NCBI RefSeq assembly: GCF_009914755.1
Contig: NC_060943.1
Reading direction: 5' to 3' (one strand)
Length of the DNA stretch: 64,000 nucleotides
From: the human T2T-CHM13v2.0 reference genome, Homo sapiens
Numbering within the stretch: position 1 is the stretch's first letter; each line of letters opens with the position of its first letter. The position numbers and the translations under genes were made by a program. Positions 17,766-34,064 of this stretch are shown here, piece after piece. Below the pieces are notes generated by a model. The model saw only the letters and a list, made by a program, of their open reading frames with translations, did no database searches and was not told the DNA's origin.

Positions 17766-17989
17766 TAACAATCATTTTTAATAAAAATTAACACATTGAA
17801 TAATTGAATAATTTTCATTGTTGTATATGTGTGTAAATGTATAAAATGATACTTGAAAAAAATAAGCCAGAAAAAGTATGTTAATATTTGTAATAAAATG
17901 GGAAGGTAGTTAATTATTATTTGCAAATGATATCTTTTGTTTACTTAGATAAAAAAAGAAACTATAAGACTATTTTAACAGTCTATTCA

Positions 17990-18610
<621 letters not shown>

Positions 18611-19866
18611 ACGTTTGTATATTGTCATCATTCCTGCCTTCCACATGTTGCTTCCAATAGGGAGGATCCCAGGACAGAGATAAAAAGGGGGTCTTCTTCA
18701 TGCAAAAATAATCACCTCTCATCTGGGATAGCCTAAGATAAACAGAGGAGACCACAACATGAGCAAATCAATGGGAGGAAAAGGGCAACCTGGTTGAAAG
18801 GGCTCACTGGCATGATGGAGCAGCATTTACTAAGTTGTAGTGAATGATCAGCCTCTGGGATAGCAATAGTCAGCCAAGGAGGCTGAACTCATTTTTATTC
18901 TCATTAAATCAGCATATCTGCACCATTCTGGTGGCCCAGTGTTACACTACCCATTACAAAAATAACACGGAGACCAGTGGGTAACTTCCTAGAATTGAGC
19001 TTATCATGAAAAAGCATATCTCATTATTTGTTTTCACAATTGAAAAGCCTCGAAAACAATGAATTTATTAATAATGAACTTCTGCTCATTTTAGAGGATT
19101 CTACGTTGTCATGTATTAAACTTTAAACACTTTAATATTAATGTCTTGAATGCATAAACTATGCAGATAGTTTAACACGATAAAAGTAACAATTAGAAAA
19201 AAACATTTGAAATGGGATAGAATTTATCAAAATCACATCTTTTCAATGGCTTGGCATAATTGCCGTGCTTTCTGAAGTGGCTAGATTATTAACAAGTAGC
19301 AAAGACAATTTTGGTTTTGTTCAATCATTAAGTTCTTGACCATTTAAAATCTAAAATTCTGGCTAAAGGATTTAAAGGCCGTATTCTTTAGTGGCTTCTT
19401 AGGGTTTCACAGGCAATACAAAAAGAATTTTGATAGGCAGAAAAATGCATTCTACATATATACACAGTGCTCTTCTCTAGTTTGCATTAACATTAAAAGA
19501 TTGAAGATTTCAAATCTAGTCTGTCAGAGTAAATTGATAAAAGTTGTATTTTTCAGCTAAGCAAATAATTGAATAAAATAGGTAACAATTTGTCATTAGC
19601 TGCCAAAAAATAGTATGACCAGATTCACTAAGTATCTAGCCACGCAAACGACAGCCCAATTAAGTCAAGATCCTAACAGGTGCGTGTGGAAAGCATTTAT
19701 GGGCAATGTGGTGCCCCTCCACTCAGCACCTTCTTCTGCCCCTTTACAGAGATACAATTTCCCGAGTGACTCAGGGTGAATACTAGGAGCTGAGAATGCT
19801 GTATTCAGTTTATTACCGGGAACATAATCAACAAATTTATTTCATATTATAAAAATTTTATGAATC

Positions 19867-20162
19867 AGTTTGGTGTGGTGGCTCACACCTGTAATCCTAG
19901 CACTTTGGGAGTCCTAGGTGGGTGGCTCACAAGGTCAAGAGATGGAGACCATACTAGACAACAAGGTGAAACCCCGTCTCTACTAAAAATACAAAAATTA
20001 GCTGGGTATGGTGACACGTGCCCGTATTCCCAGCTACTTGGGAGACTGAGGCAAGAGAATCGGTTGAACCCGGGAGGCAGAAGTTGCAGTTAGCCGAGAT
20101 CGCGCTGCTTCACTCCAGCCTGGCGACAGAGTGAGACTCCGTCCCCCCCGCCAAAAAAAAAG
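19867..20162 (+). mobile_element. AluSc-like
   Basis: Full Alu with 'ccagcctggcgacag'. Confidence 0.88.
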
Positions 20163-21275
20163 AAATGAATACTACTCTGCCTCACAAAGGCTTTTAGTAA
20201 AAGATTGCATATAATACTCAATTTGGATTCATAAAAATTTCAATATTCCAGGTAAATCAGCAGCACTTAAATGTCAACCAAATTTCATAAAACATATTTC
20301 AATGAGATAAGTCTTTTTAGCTAAGAATTTTATTTTATTCGTAAATTTAGAGAAAAATAGAAAACCAGTACTTTGAGCTAAATAACAGTGTTTGGCATGA
20401 GAGCACCATCCAAACAAGTGCTCTTCATGATTAACATAGCAATGGCACCATGTGCTCTCCTTGAGCAGGCCGGCCTGTTTCCACTGATATAAAGTGGAGA
20501 CGGCATTGAAATAGTGAGCGAGGGTGATATAAATGGAATATTTATATTAAATACAGTTTTTAATAAAAAGCATTTGATGTTGTACAGCTACAGATGAAAT
20601 TATTAGTATGAGGCCGTAATATTTTTACTTCTACTGACAGGATAACTTGATTCACAATATTCTTATTTCAAATAATATTCCTTTTTTTGCTGTATATTTG
20701 CTAGCTTTTGGTCCAAATATTACCGGAACTCAATAGAAATCAACAAAATTCATCTTTATTTTACCACAAGCATTTTGTTATTGATGCATATGCTTATTTT
20801 GCTTAAAAATCCATTAGCTTTTGATGAAAGATTTGTACTTTTCTTTCAGTGTGTTGTTTATTGCTGACAAGTGGCTGTCCTGCCAGGAAACTGCTGTTCT
20901 CAGCTCTATCCACACTGACAAATAGTGAGTGGAAGTGAAGTGTAAGTAAGAACCAAATGTGTCTTCTCTTCATCAGTTTTTTCATCCATTGGCTGAAAAA
21001 AGAGAAAGATGCAGAAAGATGAAAGAAGATATGATCCCTGAAAGATCACATAGAAGTCCTCTTAATGAGAAAAAAATGGTTGTGTGACCATAAAATACAT
21101 TATTTTGCTAAGCCTCTGAAATTTTAATATACAACTTGCATTGCTTTCAGTCCTTCAGTTTTGATGCTTCAGGATATGACACAATTCCCTGGTGAATCAA
21201 AACTGAAAAGAATAATTTATTAAGGTAAGAGATACAGGAAAGACCTCTTACATTTGACCAATATCTCCACCCCCA

Positions 21276-22371
<1,096 letters not shown>

Positions 22372-22420
22372 ATGAGATCATGTGGTATGTTTTTGTTTTC
22401 TTTTTTCTTTGTGCTGGCTC

Positions 22421-23958
22421 TTTTTTTTAGTATTTATTGATCATTCTTGGGTGTTTCTCACAGAGGGGGATTTGGCAGGGTCATAGGACAATAGTGGAGG
22501 GAAGATCAGCAGATAAACAAGTGAACAAGGGTCTCTGGTTTTCCTAGGCAGAGGGCCCTGCCACCTTCCGCAGTGTTTGTGTCCCTGGGTACTTGAGATT
22601 AGGGAGTGGTGATGACTCTTAACGAGCATGCTGCCTTCAAGCATCTGTTTAACAAAGCACATTGTGCACCGCCCTTAATCCATTTAACCCTGAGTGGACA
22701 CAGCACATGTTTCAGAGAGCACGGGGTTGGGGGTAAGGTTATAGATTAACAGCATCCCAAGGCAGAATAACTTCTCTTAGTACAGAACAAAATGGAGTCT
22801 CCTATGTCTACTTCTTTCTACACAGACACAGCAACAATCTGATTTCTCTATCTTTTCCCCACCTTTCCCCCTTTTCTATTCGACAAAACCGCCATCGTCA
22901 TCATGGCCCGTTCTCAATGAGCTGTTGGGTACACCTCCCAGACGGGGTGGCAGCCAGGCAGAGGGGCTCCTCACTTCCCAGCAGGGGTGGCCAGGCAGAG
23001 GCGCCCCCACCTCCCGGATGGGGCAGCTGGCCGGGCGGAGGCGCCCCCCACCTCCCTCCTGGATGGGGCGGCTGGCCGGGTGGGGACTGGCCCCCACCTC
23101 CCTCCCGGACGGGGCAGCTGGCCAGGCGGGGGCTGCCCCCCACCTCCCGGACGGGGCGGCTGCCGGGCGGAGACGCTCCTCACTTCCCAGACGGGGTGGC
23201 TGCTGGGCGGAGGGGCTCCTCACTTCTCAGATGGGGCGGCCGGGCAGAGATGCTCCTCGCCTCCCAGACGGGGTCGCGGCTGGGCCGAGGCACTCCATAC
23301 ATCCCAGATGGGGCGGCGGGGCAGAGGCGCTCCCCACATCTCAGACGATGAGCGGCCGGGCAGGGACGCTCCTAACTTCCTAGATGGGATGGTGGCTGGG
23401 AAGAGGCGCTCCTCACTTCCCAGACTGGGCAGCCAGGCAGAGGGGCTCCTCACATCCCAGACGATGGGCGGCCAGGTAGAGACGCTCCTCACTTCCCAGA
23501 CGGCGTGGCGGCCGGGCAGAGGCTGCAATCTCAGCACTTTGGGAGTCCAAGGCGGGCGGCTGGAAGGTGGAGGTTGTAGCGAGCCGAGATCATGCCACTG
23601 CACTCCAGCCTGGGCAACACTGAGCACTGAGTGAGCGAGACTCCGTCTGCAATCCCCGCACCTCGGGAGGCCGAAGCTGGCAGATTACTCGCGGTTAGGT
23701 GCTGGAGACCAGCCCGGCCAACACAGTGAACCCCCGTCTCCACCAAAAAAATACGAAAACCAGTCAGGCGTGGCGGCGTGCGCCTGCAATCCCAGGCAGT
23801 CTGCAGGCTGAGGCAGGAGAATCAGGCAGGGAGGTTGCAGTGAGCCGAGATGGCGGCAGTACAGTCCAGCTTCCACTCGGCATCAGAGGAAGACCGTGGA
23901 GAGGGAGGAAGAGGGAGACCGTGGGGAGACGGAGATGAGGGAGAGGGAGATGGAGAGC
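22421..23958 (-). mobile_element. SVA retrotransposon, near full length (older, SVA_A/B-like)
   Basis: Poly-T, SINE-R ('tcattcttgggtgtttctc...'), GC-rich VNTR, Alu-like region, short degenerate hexamer; TSD 'tgtg(c/t)tggctcttttt'. Confidence 0.96.
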
Positions 23959-24150
23959 TGTGTTGGCTCTTTTTACTTAGGCTAATGTCCTACAGGTTCA
24001 TCAGTATCGTTGCAGATAACAAGATTTCTTTATTTTTAAGGGCTGAATAGCATTCCATTGTGTAAATACACGAAATTTTCTTCATCCATTCACCTGTTGA
24101 CACTTAGGTTAACACTTAGGTTGATTCTCTATCTTAGCTATTGTGAGTAA
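23959..24150 (-). mobile_element. L1MA-type fragment (host of the RPL34 pseudogene and SVA)
   Basis: 'ggctgaatagcattccattgtg...catccattcacctgttgacacttaggttg' continues the 'gagatcatgtggtat' motif split by the insertions. Confidence 0.7.
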
Positions 24151-24316
24151 CCTACTTCCTTCTCCTTCATTTGTTTTCATATCTTTTTTTTTTTCTTTCT
24201 AAAAGTATTTTAATTTAAAATACAAATTTTGACTGTTAAATGCCTTCATTTTTCTGCCTTCTTTTGGATAATATTTTGGCTAATTTTAAAAATAAATTTT
24301 TTAAAAAGCTCTTGGG

Positions 24317-24717
<401 letters not shown>

Positions 24718-25174
24718 CTAGCCCCTGGTAATCATTTCCTCTCTCACCCAACATGAAAGCTGTATCTTTGTGTCATCTCTCCCAGTTGTGAGAAAGACGT
24801 TTCTGATTAAATTGTTTGGCATAAAATTTTGTAAAATTTTACTCTTTTGGTGTGAAAATCAAACTGCTCTATTACTAGAAAAGTTTACCTTTTGATAAGT
24901 ATAATTTTACTCTATTCTATTTAAATTCTTCAGAAAATCCTGACATAGAATGCACTTAAATTTTTTTGAAAATTAAAAGTGCTTAAACATTTTTTATACA
25001 AACTAAAAATAATTTTAGATTCTTAGAAAACATCTTTCAAATACTTTAAGTTACCTTCCTCTGACAGTACTTTTTTTATATTGCTATAACACAGCTTTTC
25101 TGTCCTTTGTGGCCAACTCTGTCACTTCTATCCTATTTAGTTGTGCAGTATTTATGTTTTGCATTTTACATTTT

Positions 25175-26496
25175 TTTAAGGTTATAGATTAACAGCATCC
25201 CAAGGCAGAAGAATTTTTCTTAGTACAGAACAAAATGGAATCTCCCATGTCTACTTCTTTCTACACAGACACAGTAACAATCTGATCTCTCTTTCTTTTC
25301 CCCACATTTCCCCCTTTTCTATTTGACAAAACCACCATCGTCATCATGGCCCATTCCCAATGAGCTGTCGGGTACACCTCCCAGACGGGGTGGCGGCCGG
25401 GCAGAGGGGCTCCTCACTTCCCAGATGAGGTGGCTGGGCAGAGGCGCCCCCCACCTCCCAGACGGGGCAGCTGGCCGGGTGGAGGCACCCCCCACCTCCC
25501 TCCGGGACGGGGTGGCTGGCTGGGCGGGGGCTGCCCCCCACCTCCCTCCCGGACGGGGCGGCTGGCCGGGCGGGGGCTGCCCCCACCTCCTGGATGGGGC
25601 GGCTGGCCGGACGGGGGCTGCCCCCCACCTCCCGGACAGGGCAGCTGCCGGGCGGAGGGGCTCCTCACTTTCCAGACAGGGCGGCTGCTGGGCGGAGGGG
25701 CTCCTCACTTTCCAGACAGGGCGGCTGCTGGGCGGAGGGGCTCCTTACTTCCCAGATCGGGCGGCTGCCAGGCGGAGGGGCTCCTCACTTCTCAGACGGG
25801 GCGGCCGGGCAGAGACGCTCCTCACCTCCCAGACTGGGTGGCGGTCAGGCAGAGACATTCCTCAGTTCCCAGACGGGGTCGCGGCCGGGCAGAGGCGCTC
25901 CTCACATCCCAGACGAGGCGACGGGTCAGAGGCGCTCCCCACATCTCAGATGATGGGCGGCCGGGCAGAGAGGCTCCTCACTTCCCAGATGGGATGGCGG
26001 CCAGGAAGAGGCGCTCCTCACTTCCCAGACTGGGCAGCCGGGCAGAGACGCTCCTCACTTCCCAGACGGGGTGGCGGCCGGGCAGAGGCTACAATCTCAG
26101 CACTTTGGGAGGCCAAGGCAGGCGGCTGGGAGGTGGAGGTTGTAGCCAGCTGAGATCACGCCACTGCACTCCAGCCTGGGCACCATTGAGCACTGAGTGA
26201 GCAAGACTCCGTCTGCAATCCCGGCACCTCAGGAGGCCGAGGCAGGCGGATCACTCGCGGTCAGGAGCTGGAGACCAGCCCGGCCAACACGGCAAAACCC
26301 AGTCTCCACCAAAAAATGCAAAAACCAGTCAGGCGTGGCGGCGCGCGCCTGCAATCCCAGGCAGTCTGCAGGCTGAGGCAGGAGAAATCAGGCAGGGAGG
26401 TTGCAGTGAGCGGAGATGGCGGCAGCACAGTCCAGCCTCGGCTTTCACAACTTTGGTGGCATCAGAGGGAGACCGTGGAGAGGGAGAGGGAGAGGA
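25175..26496 (-). mobile_element. SVA retrotransposon with 3'-truncated SINE-R
   Basis: Partial SINE-R, VNTR, Alu-like region, hexamer; 13-bp TSD 'cattttacatttt' (25162-25174 and 26497-26509). Confidence 0.96.
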
Positions 26497-27499
26497 CATT
26501 TTACATTTTAAAAGTTGTAATTCATGCAATGTAATTTTCAAACAGTTGACCAACCTTTTTTCATGTGAAACTCTGCTTAATCAGCAGTCACTTTATTTTT
26601 ACTCTTCAAGGGCATTTTCATTCCCTGAAAAGCAGAGCGAAAGTTCAAGTGAGTGTGCTGAGCTGGTCCTCGCCAGTGTCAGTTTATTCACATTCACACA
26701 GGTGACCTTCTGGGGAAAGAGGGTTCATTTCAACAGCCTTATTACAGGAATGTGGAACAGATTTAATAGAGTAAAATGTAAATCACTGACTTTCAAGAAA
26801 AAAAGAAATTTTTTTTTATTCTTTGTATGTGAGTATGTGGTGGTTGTAAAGTTTACAATAAAGACTAAAGTTAGAGAGCACACTTTACATGAGGGGTACA
26901 GTGCAGGTCCTATGCAACCTTCTTTTTGCCAAACATGCCCTTAATGCTTTTTTCAAGTAGTATGTTGCTGTATCCATCACTTATCAGGCTCTGATGATCA
27001 TTTTCTAATTTATCAATTTAAATATGCAGTCAATATCATCCAGAGTTCTGTCCTTGACGTTTAACTGCTCAGACATAAAACTATTTAAATATTCTTGATA
27101 AAAGATGAGGTTTTATTTATTTTACTACAGAGCATTTCATGCCAGTAAGCTTAAGTTTCATGAAACTTGAAAACATGCTTTAGTTTTACCTTCGTTTGGA
27201 AAGCCAAATTTGGCCAAAAATGAATACAACAATAAACTTGAATATAAATCATTTTGAAATTGAATTCAAATTATTAAAATATTAAAATTGATAAATGTAT
27301 TTGACTATGTGTCAAATTATTAAAAATTTTTGAATAAAAAGTGTAATAAAGTTGGAACTTGAGAAATATGCATGCTTTTATGATAAATCATTTTGTGATT
27401 AAAGTTTCAATTTAGCAGTTTTGACTGTTGAAAATGTGAATACTGACATATCAGAGAAGAAAATATTGATAACAAAGAATACAAAACAAAGCACAATAG

Positions 27500-28140
27500 T
27501 GTTGATAGCTGTGGTGAGTCCTCAGCTCTTGTCTTAGTTTCAAAAAATTTAAACAAGACAAACCACAAAGAAGATGCAGCATAATTTATTGCAAAGGAGA
27601 AAGACTATTTTAAAAGTTAGATGCAGAATACCCAGTACACGCTGAGCGAGAAGGGATTCAGGGCGGGCAGCTTACAGGAATGAGACGAAAAGACTAGAAC
27701 TAGGAACACTCCATTTATGGGAATCTTACATAATTATTCATAAGGAGGTGGAAAGAGGTGTTAACTGGTAAGCATGTTCTGGGTGGTCCTCTTGGTGCAC
27801 ATACACAGTGGCTGTACATGCTTGTTTATATGTCACGTGTTATTAGCATCTTAAATCTCAACCACGGTGTGTTTTTTACTATTTATAATAGTAATAATGA
27901 GTAAAAGGTCACTTTAAGGACAGGTAAAATCAAAATGTGCATGCTCTCTACAAGGGTATTTCCCTACATGAGAGAGCTTTGCTTGAATGAGTTGAAATAC
28001 GATGCAAATGCTGGGGCTTACTGGGTTGACAATATGCAGTTGCCATGCATTCACCGTGGTTGCTGCATCCCGAGGACATTATCAGTATGCCAACGTGGTA
28101 TACTGTAGTAGTCACTTTCTTGAATACCCATCCTGCCTCA
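27500..28140 (-). mobile_element. ERV1-class solo LTR (LTR29/MER66-like)
   Basis: Reverse complement begins TGAGGCAGGAT and ends ATCAACA; AATAAA within; 4-bp TSD 'atag' on both sides. Confidence 0.8.
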
Positions 28141-29400
28141 ATAGTACTTGTACTGATTTATTCCCAACGACTGACTCCGAGACTTAAGATTTAGCTATTA
28201 TATCAACATTGTCAACAGTAGGAAAATCAAAATTTTAAAATCAAATGTATTTGAGTTTGATTTGGGTAATTAGCTGAGTGCCCAGGAAAAATTATTTTAC
28301 ATTTCTGAAGCTTCAATCTTCATTATTAATAAAAAATATTATCTCCCTCAGGGCTGTTTTAACACATGGTAGCTATAAGTATTTTTAACTGAAAGTCTTG
28401 TGTAAATATTATAGTAAATATTTAAGAATAAATATTCATATTTCAAAGATTATGTGAGTTGGTATATTTTGTCATGTTTAATGTATTTATCCTTTCCAGA
28501 AAATGCCACAGTAAGAATTTTTTATTTTCTCTGGAATAAAAGACTAAGGTTTTCTACATTGTGACTGTGCTGATATTTGCATAGGGTTTTGACTGTTACT
28601 GTTGAATTTAGGTTGAATTTCAAATCCACTGTTGTTTAGCTTGTGTGGTTTCTGGTTCATTTGGAGAACCAAATATATTAGACGTGAACTGTTTGGAGTA
28701 ACTTGGCATCATTTCAGCTGTCCTTCTGTTATTACATCTGGGGCTTTAGAAATGACTAGGATTCAAATAAGGTTGGTTTGGAATCAAGCAATAGAAAATC
28801 CCCCCAAATACTCAGGGAAATAGCTACTGAATAATGCCTTTCAGTGAGATTTATACATGAAACAGAGTTCAATGAAATTCAAAAATTATTGCAAGTTTTC
28901 TAAATTTAGAAACTGACTGCAAACAACATATTAGGCACTTGTAGCTTGTCTATAGCATCTGTAGCCTGGGGAAGCTGACATTACAGAAAAGCATATTGCT
29001 ACTGTAATAAGATTTGGAACAAAAACTTACGTGCATGTAAACATTCCCCCTTAGTAATCCTTAAATACTTGTCATTCTGGCTCAATCTTTTTGGTGCAAC
29101 TGTTTATGATTTCAGAGATTCTATCTCACCAATTTCAAGCTATGGTGTTTTCAGCTCTTAATGTTTACTTGTACCCAGTAAGCTTCATGGTTACATCATT
29201 ATATTGGGGTCCCCCAGGCAATCCCTGAGGCTTAGAGCTGACCATCCTACCTCATCTTTTTTGCTTCACATGCTGTTATTGAGTCCCTTTCACTCCATAT
29301 TTGAGCCTTAATGAGCCTTCCATTTAAGGAAACCAGAAGAATGGGTTGCCCATATATGTTGAGTTGAGAATCAGGATTCTCTTGAGTATAAAGACTTTAC

Positions 29401-29700
29401 GGCCGGGCACGGTGGCTCACACCTGTAATCCCAGCACTTTGGGAGACCGAGGCGGGTGGATCAGGAGGTCAGGAGTTTGACACCAGCCTGACCAATATGG
29501 TGAAACCCTGTCTCTACTAAAAATACTAAAATTAGCCAGGTGTGGTGGTGCGCGCCTGTAGTTCCAGCTGCTTGGGAGACTGAGGCAGGGGAATCGCTTG
29601 AACCTGGGAGGCGGAGATTTCAGTGAGCCAAGATTGCCACCACTGCACTCCAGCCTGGGCAACGGAGCAAGATTCCGTCAATAAGTAAATAAAATAAATA
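29401..29700 (+). mobile_element. AluS
   Basis: Full Alu; TSD 'agactttac'. Confidence 0.92.
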
Positions 29701-29701
29701 G

Positions 29702-30024
<323 letters not shown>

Positions 30025-30675
30025 ACAAAGCAGTGTTTTTAAGATGTGAACATGTTTTACTCAAATTAAATATAAATGATTTTATCAGTATTCCAATGTG
30101 GTGAAAATAACTGCATGAAGTTCACCAAATGTTCTGCTTCAGACTTTTTCGAAACAAAGATCAATATGTATGCACTAGTGGATATTAGTTATTTGGTGTT
30201 GGTTTTCATTTTTAAAGATTTTTTCCCTACTTTATGCTGATGTTAAGCTACACAAAGCATACCAAAAGCTATAATTTACCACACTTTTTACCAAAATTTC
30301 AAATACTTAAATATTGAAAGTGATATTCTTGATTACCATTTTTTATGTGATGTAGTCTGCATTTATTAGTACTACATTGCATTTTTTTATGTGGTGCCAG
30401 GTTATAAAAATGCCTTCCAGCTGATTTCTTAGGTAACAGTAGAATCTGTTTTCTTAGACAGTAACATGAGAATTCTTTGTATACTACCTTTGGAGGTACT
30501 AAAAGCAGCTGGTTAAAGGTACTGAAATCTGTCCTTATTAATGGAAATTTAATTCAAAGACTATGCAAAGAAAAGTCATTCAGGCACCCTGAAACTAAAT
30601 TGGAATCTGGTTCCTGACACTGATTAACAGATTGAGCAGATTAGAGTGGACCTACGTCCCTTTAAACAATATTGA

Positions 30676-30972
<297 letters not shown>

Positions 30973-31659
30973 AGATTTGATTTTTTAAATGTTTGTGAAT
31001 GTGTATCACTGTAGTGAAAAATCAAATTATTTAAATCTACTTTCTAAATAATTTTGATTAAAGTATTCTGTATTTTGAGTGCCAGTATTCATATAGTATG
31101 CCAAATCACCCATTTGTTTACTATTTTGCCATTTTATAAAATAAGCCTGAATTTGTGGAGACATTTTTAAAGAAACCGATCTTTTCTACAAAAAGATTTA
31201 GACATCGAAAATAGAGAATTTAGTTTCACATTATATATATAGTTTGCTGAACCCTACAGTAATTTGTAAAGTTTGTTTGTGTATGCCAATCTTAGATTTT
31301 CTAAAACAAAATGAAGGGTTTTTGTTTTATGTTACATTTAATATACAAAGTCCAAAATATGCTCAGACAGACAACTTCATCAGACTCCTTCATCAACTCC
31401 GTTTCCATCGTGGCGTGAACGGTTTCTCACTGCTTTAGCATCTGCCTTTGATTTCTACTAATTTTCTTTGACTTTGATTTTTCTTGTCCATCTCTGGTGG
31501 TTGCTTTGCTGCTCCACTTTGAGGAGTTCGGGCAGCTTCACCCTCAGCCGCTCCAACAGTCCGTCCATTTGGCTCAAGCTCTAGGCAGTTTCTCCTGGTT
31601 CTTCTGTTCCTGGCGTCTGAGATTTGTCAGCAGGGCCAGATTTTCAGGAACCATGCATG

Positions 31660-32130
31660 GCTATCGCCTCCTCCCGCCTGGAGGGCTGCTCCTGCGCCTC
31701 TGACCGGCGCTGGTTCCAGCCGCGGCCCAGCTGAGCACAGCAGGAACCGCAGTAGCAGCCGGAGCGCCCACGCCCGGGGTCGCCTAGCCCAGGAACGCCT
31801 TAGTTGCAACCCTGCGTCGAGGCCCAGCTCCGTGCGCAGAAAGCCGAGGCCAACCAGAGCATTTCCTGGACGAGTCCTCTCGGCCTGCGGGGCCAGTTCC
31901 TCCTACCAGCTTCCTGCTGCCACCTCGGCTTCCATCAGAGGGACGCTTAGGATGGCGCAGGGGCCCGGAGACACTGTGAAGAGTCCAGGGGAATGAGGAG
32001 GGGCTGGGCCGGGCAGCCTCAGGCCCAGCGCAGGTTAGCGCTTCTCACGCCTGAGCAGAGATCAGCTACTGCCACTGCGGGGAGGACAGAAGGACCCAGG
32101 CTCCCCAGCCTCCCTCTGCACCGGGAGTGT
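31660..32130. promoter_or_regulatory. CpG/GC-rich promoter-like island (non-repeat)
   Basis: Dense CpGs in unique GC-rich sequence within AT-rich flanks; TGCGCA and GTTGCAAC motifs near 31800-31840. Confidence 0.55.
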
Positions 32131-32145
32131 AGGAAACTATTTAAA

Positions 32146-32171
32146 AATAATAATAATAATAATAATAATAA
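32146..32171. repeat. (AAT)n microsatellite
   Basis: About 8 AAT units. Confidence 0.9.
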
Positions 32172-32608
32172 GTATGGAATAGAACTTGCAGATCTAACCC
32201 AACCAAGTTTTCATTCTTTTTCCTTTTCCTTTTCTTTTTTTTAATGTATTTTTCTCTTATATTATGCTCGCCTGACGGAAGATTTTATGTTCCATCCTCA
32301 CATGGAAATTTAAATGTAATCATAATGGTCACAAATTTAGAAACAGTATTTACTTTATTTTGCCTAAGAATGCTGGGGTAACATTAATTTTTCAATGGTG
32401 CCTTCTGAATCTTAACGTTGATTACCTTTTATTTGAGTCTATTAACTAAACTGTAGTAAGTAATAATAATAAATTCTTGATTTGCATAGGGCTTAACAGT
32501 TTACAAAGGGCATGTATTCATTCGTTTAACCGATAAATGTGCGTTGAGCTACACGTTGTGCTATATTTTTTGCTAGCCTTGGGAGATAAAATTAATAAAA
32601 GAAAGTAT

Positions 32609-32908
32609 TGGCCGGGTGCTGTGGCTCACGCCTGTAATCCCAGCACTTTGGGAGGCCGAGGCGGGCGGATCACGAGGTCAGAAGTTCGAGACCAGCCTGG
32701 CCAACATAGTGAAACCCCGTCTCTACTAAAAATACAGAAATTAGCCGGGCATGGTGGCACGCGCCTGTAGTCCTGGCTACTCAGGAGGCTGAGTAAGGAG
32801 AATCACTTGAACTTGGGAGGCGGAGGTTGTGGTGGTGAGCCAAGATCTCACCACTGCACTCCAGCCTGGGCAACAGAGCGAGACTCAAAAAAACAACAAC
32901 AAAAAAAG
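32609..32908 (+). mobile_element. AluSg-like
   Basis: Full Alu; TSD-like 'aaaagaaagt.ttg'. Confidence 0.92.
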
Positions 32909-33593
32909 AAAGTGTTGATCTCTTCTCTCAGGAAACTTTCAGTCTGGCTTCATAAAATCCTCACACACTCTCATAAAGTCTCTTAAGTCTTCTATAAGCC
33001 TGCTACCCCAAAGTGACCACTATCTGAATTTTGTGTTATTCACTTTATGCAATTTTATGAACAATATACATTTTAGTGTTGCCTGTTTCTTTTTTTTGTA
33101 TATATATGCTAGCATTAGTTTTCATGTGTGCCTTTTTTAATTTATATGTATATTTTCCTATTTTTCCATGTTGCTTTGCATAGCAACAGTGATTTTATGT
33201 ACCTTTGGAAGCAGTATTGTATGTATGTTTCCTGGGTTAGACCAGTGTCTTCAACGGTTAGAAGAGCAGGCTCAGACAGCCTGTGTAACGTTGGGCAAGT
33301 ATCTTAACCTCTCTGATTCCTCTGTTACTTAGAGATAATAACATGGCAGTGAAATCCGTGTTGTTCTTTGAATGTAATAATAAAGTAGGTAAAGTTATAT
33401 TAAGAACAATAAAAACATTACAAAAGACAAAAGAGTATTTATAGATACATTCAAGACTTAAACATAAGATAATATTTTAAACAATTTTATGTTATTAAAT
33501 TTGAAAATTTAGATAAAACTACCTTTTTTTTTCCAGAAAACTATGTGACAAAAACTGATTAAGGAAGAAATAAAAAAGATAAATAGAAAAATT

Positions 33594-34055
<462 letters not shown>

Positions 34056-34064
34056 TTATTCTCC

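Noticed and set aside
25323-26200. Long GC-rich ORFs (276 aa, 256 aa) and similar ones at 22876-23634
   Set aside because: They lie within SVA VNTR/Alu-like sequence; stop-poor GC repeats give spurious ORFs in all frames
28620-29200. Faint resemblance of minus-strand peptides to coiled-coil/ANKRD-type or JPT proteins
   Set aside because: Matches are only a few residues and interrupted by stops; a name cannot be supported without a search
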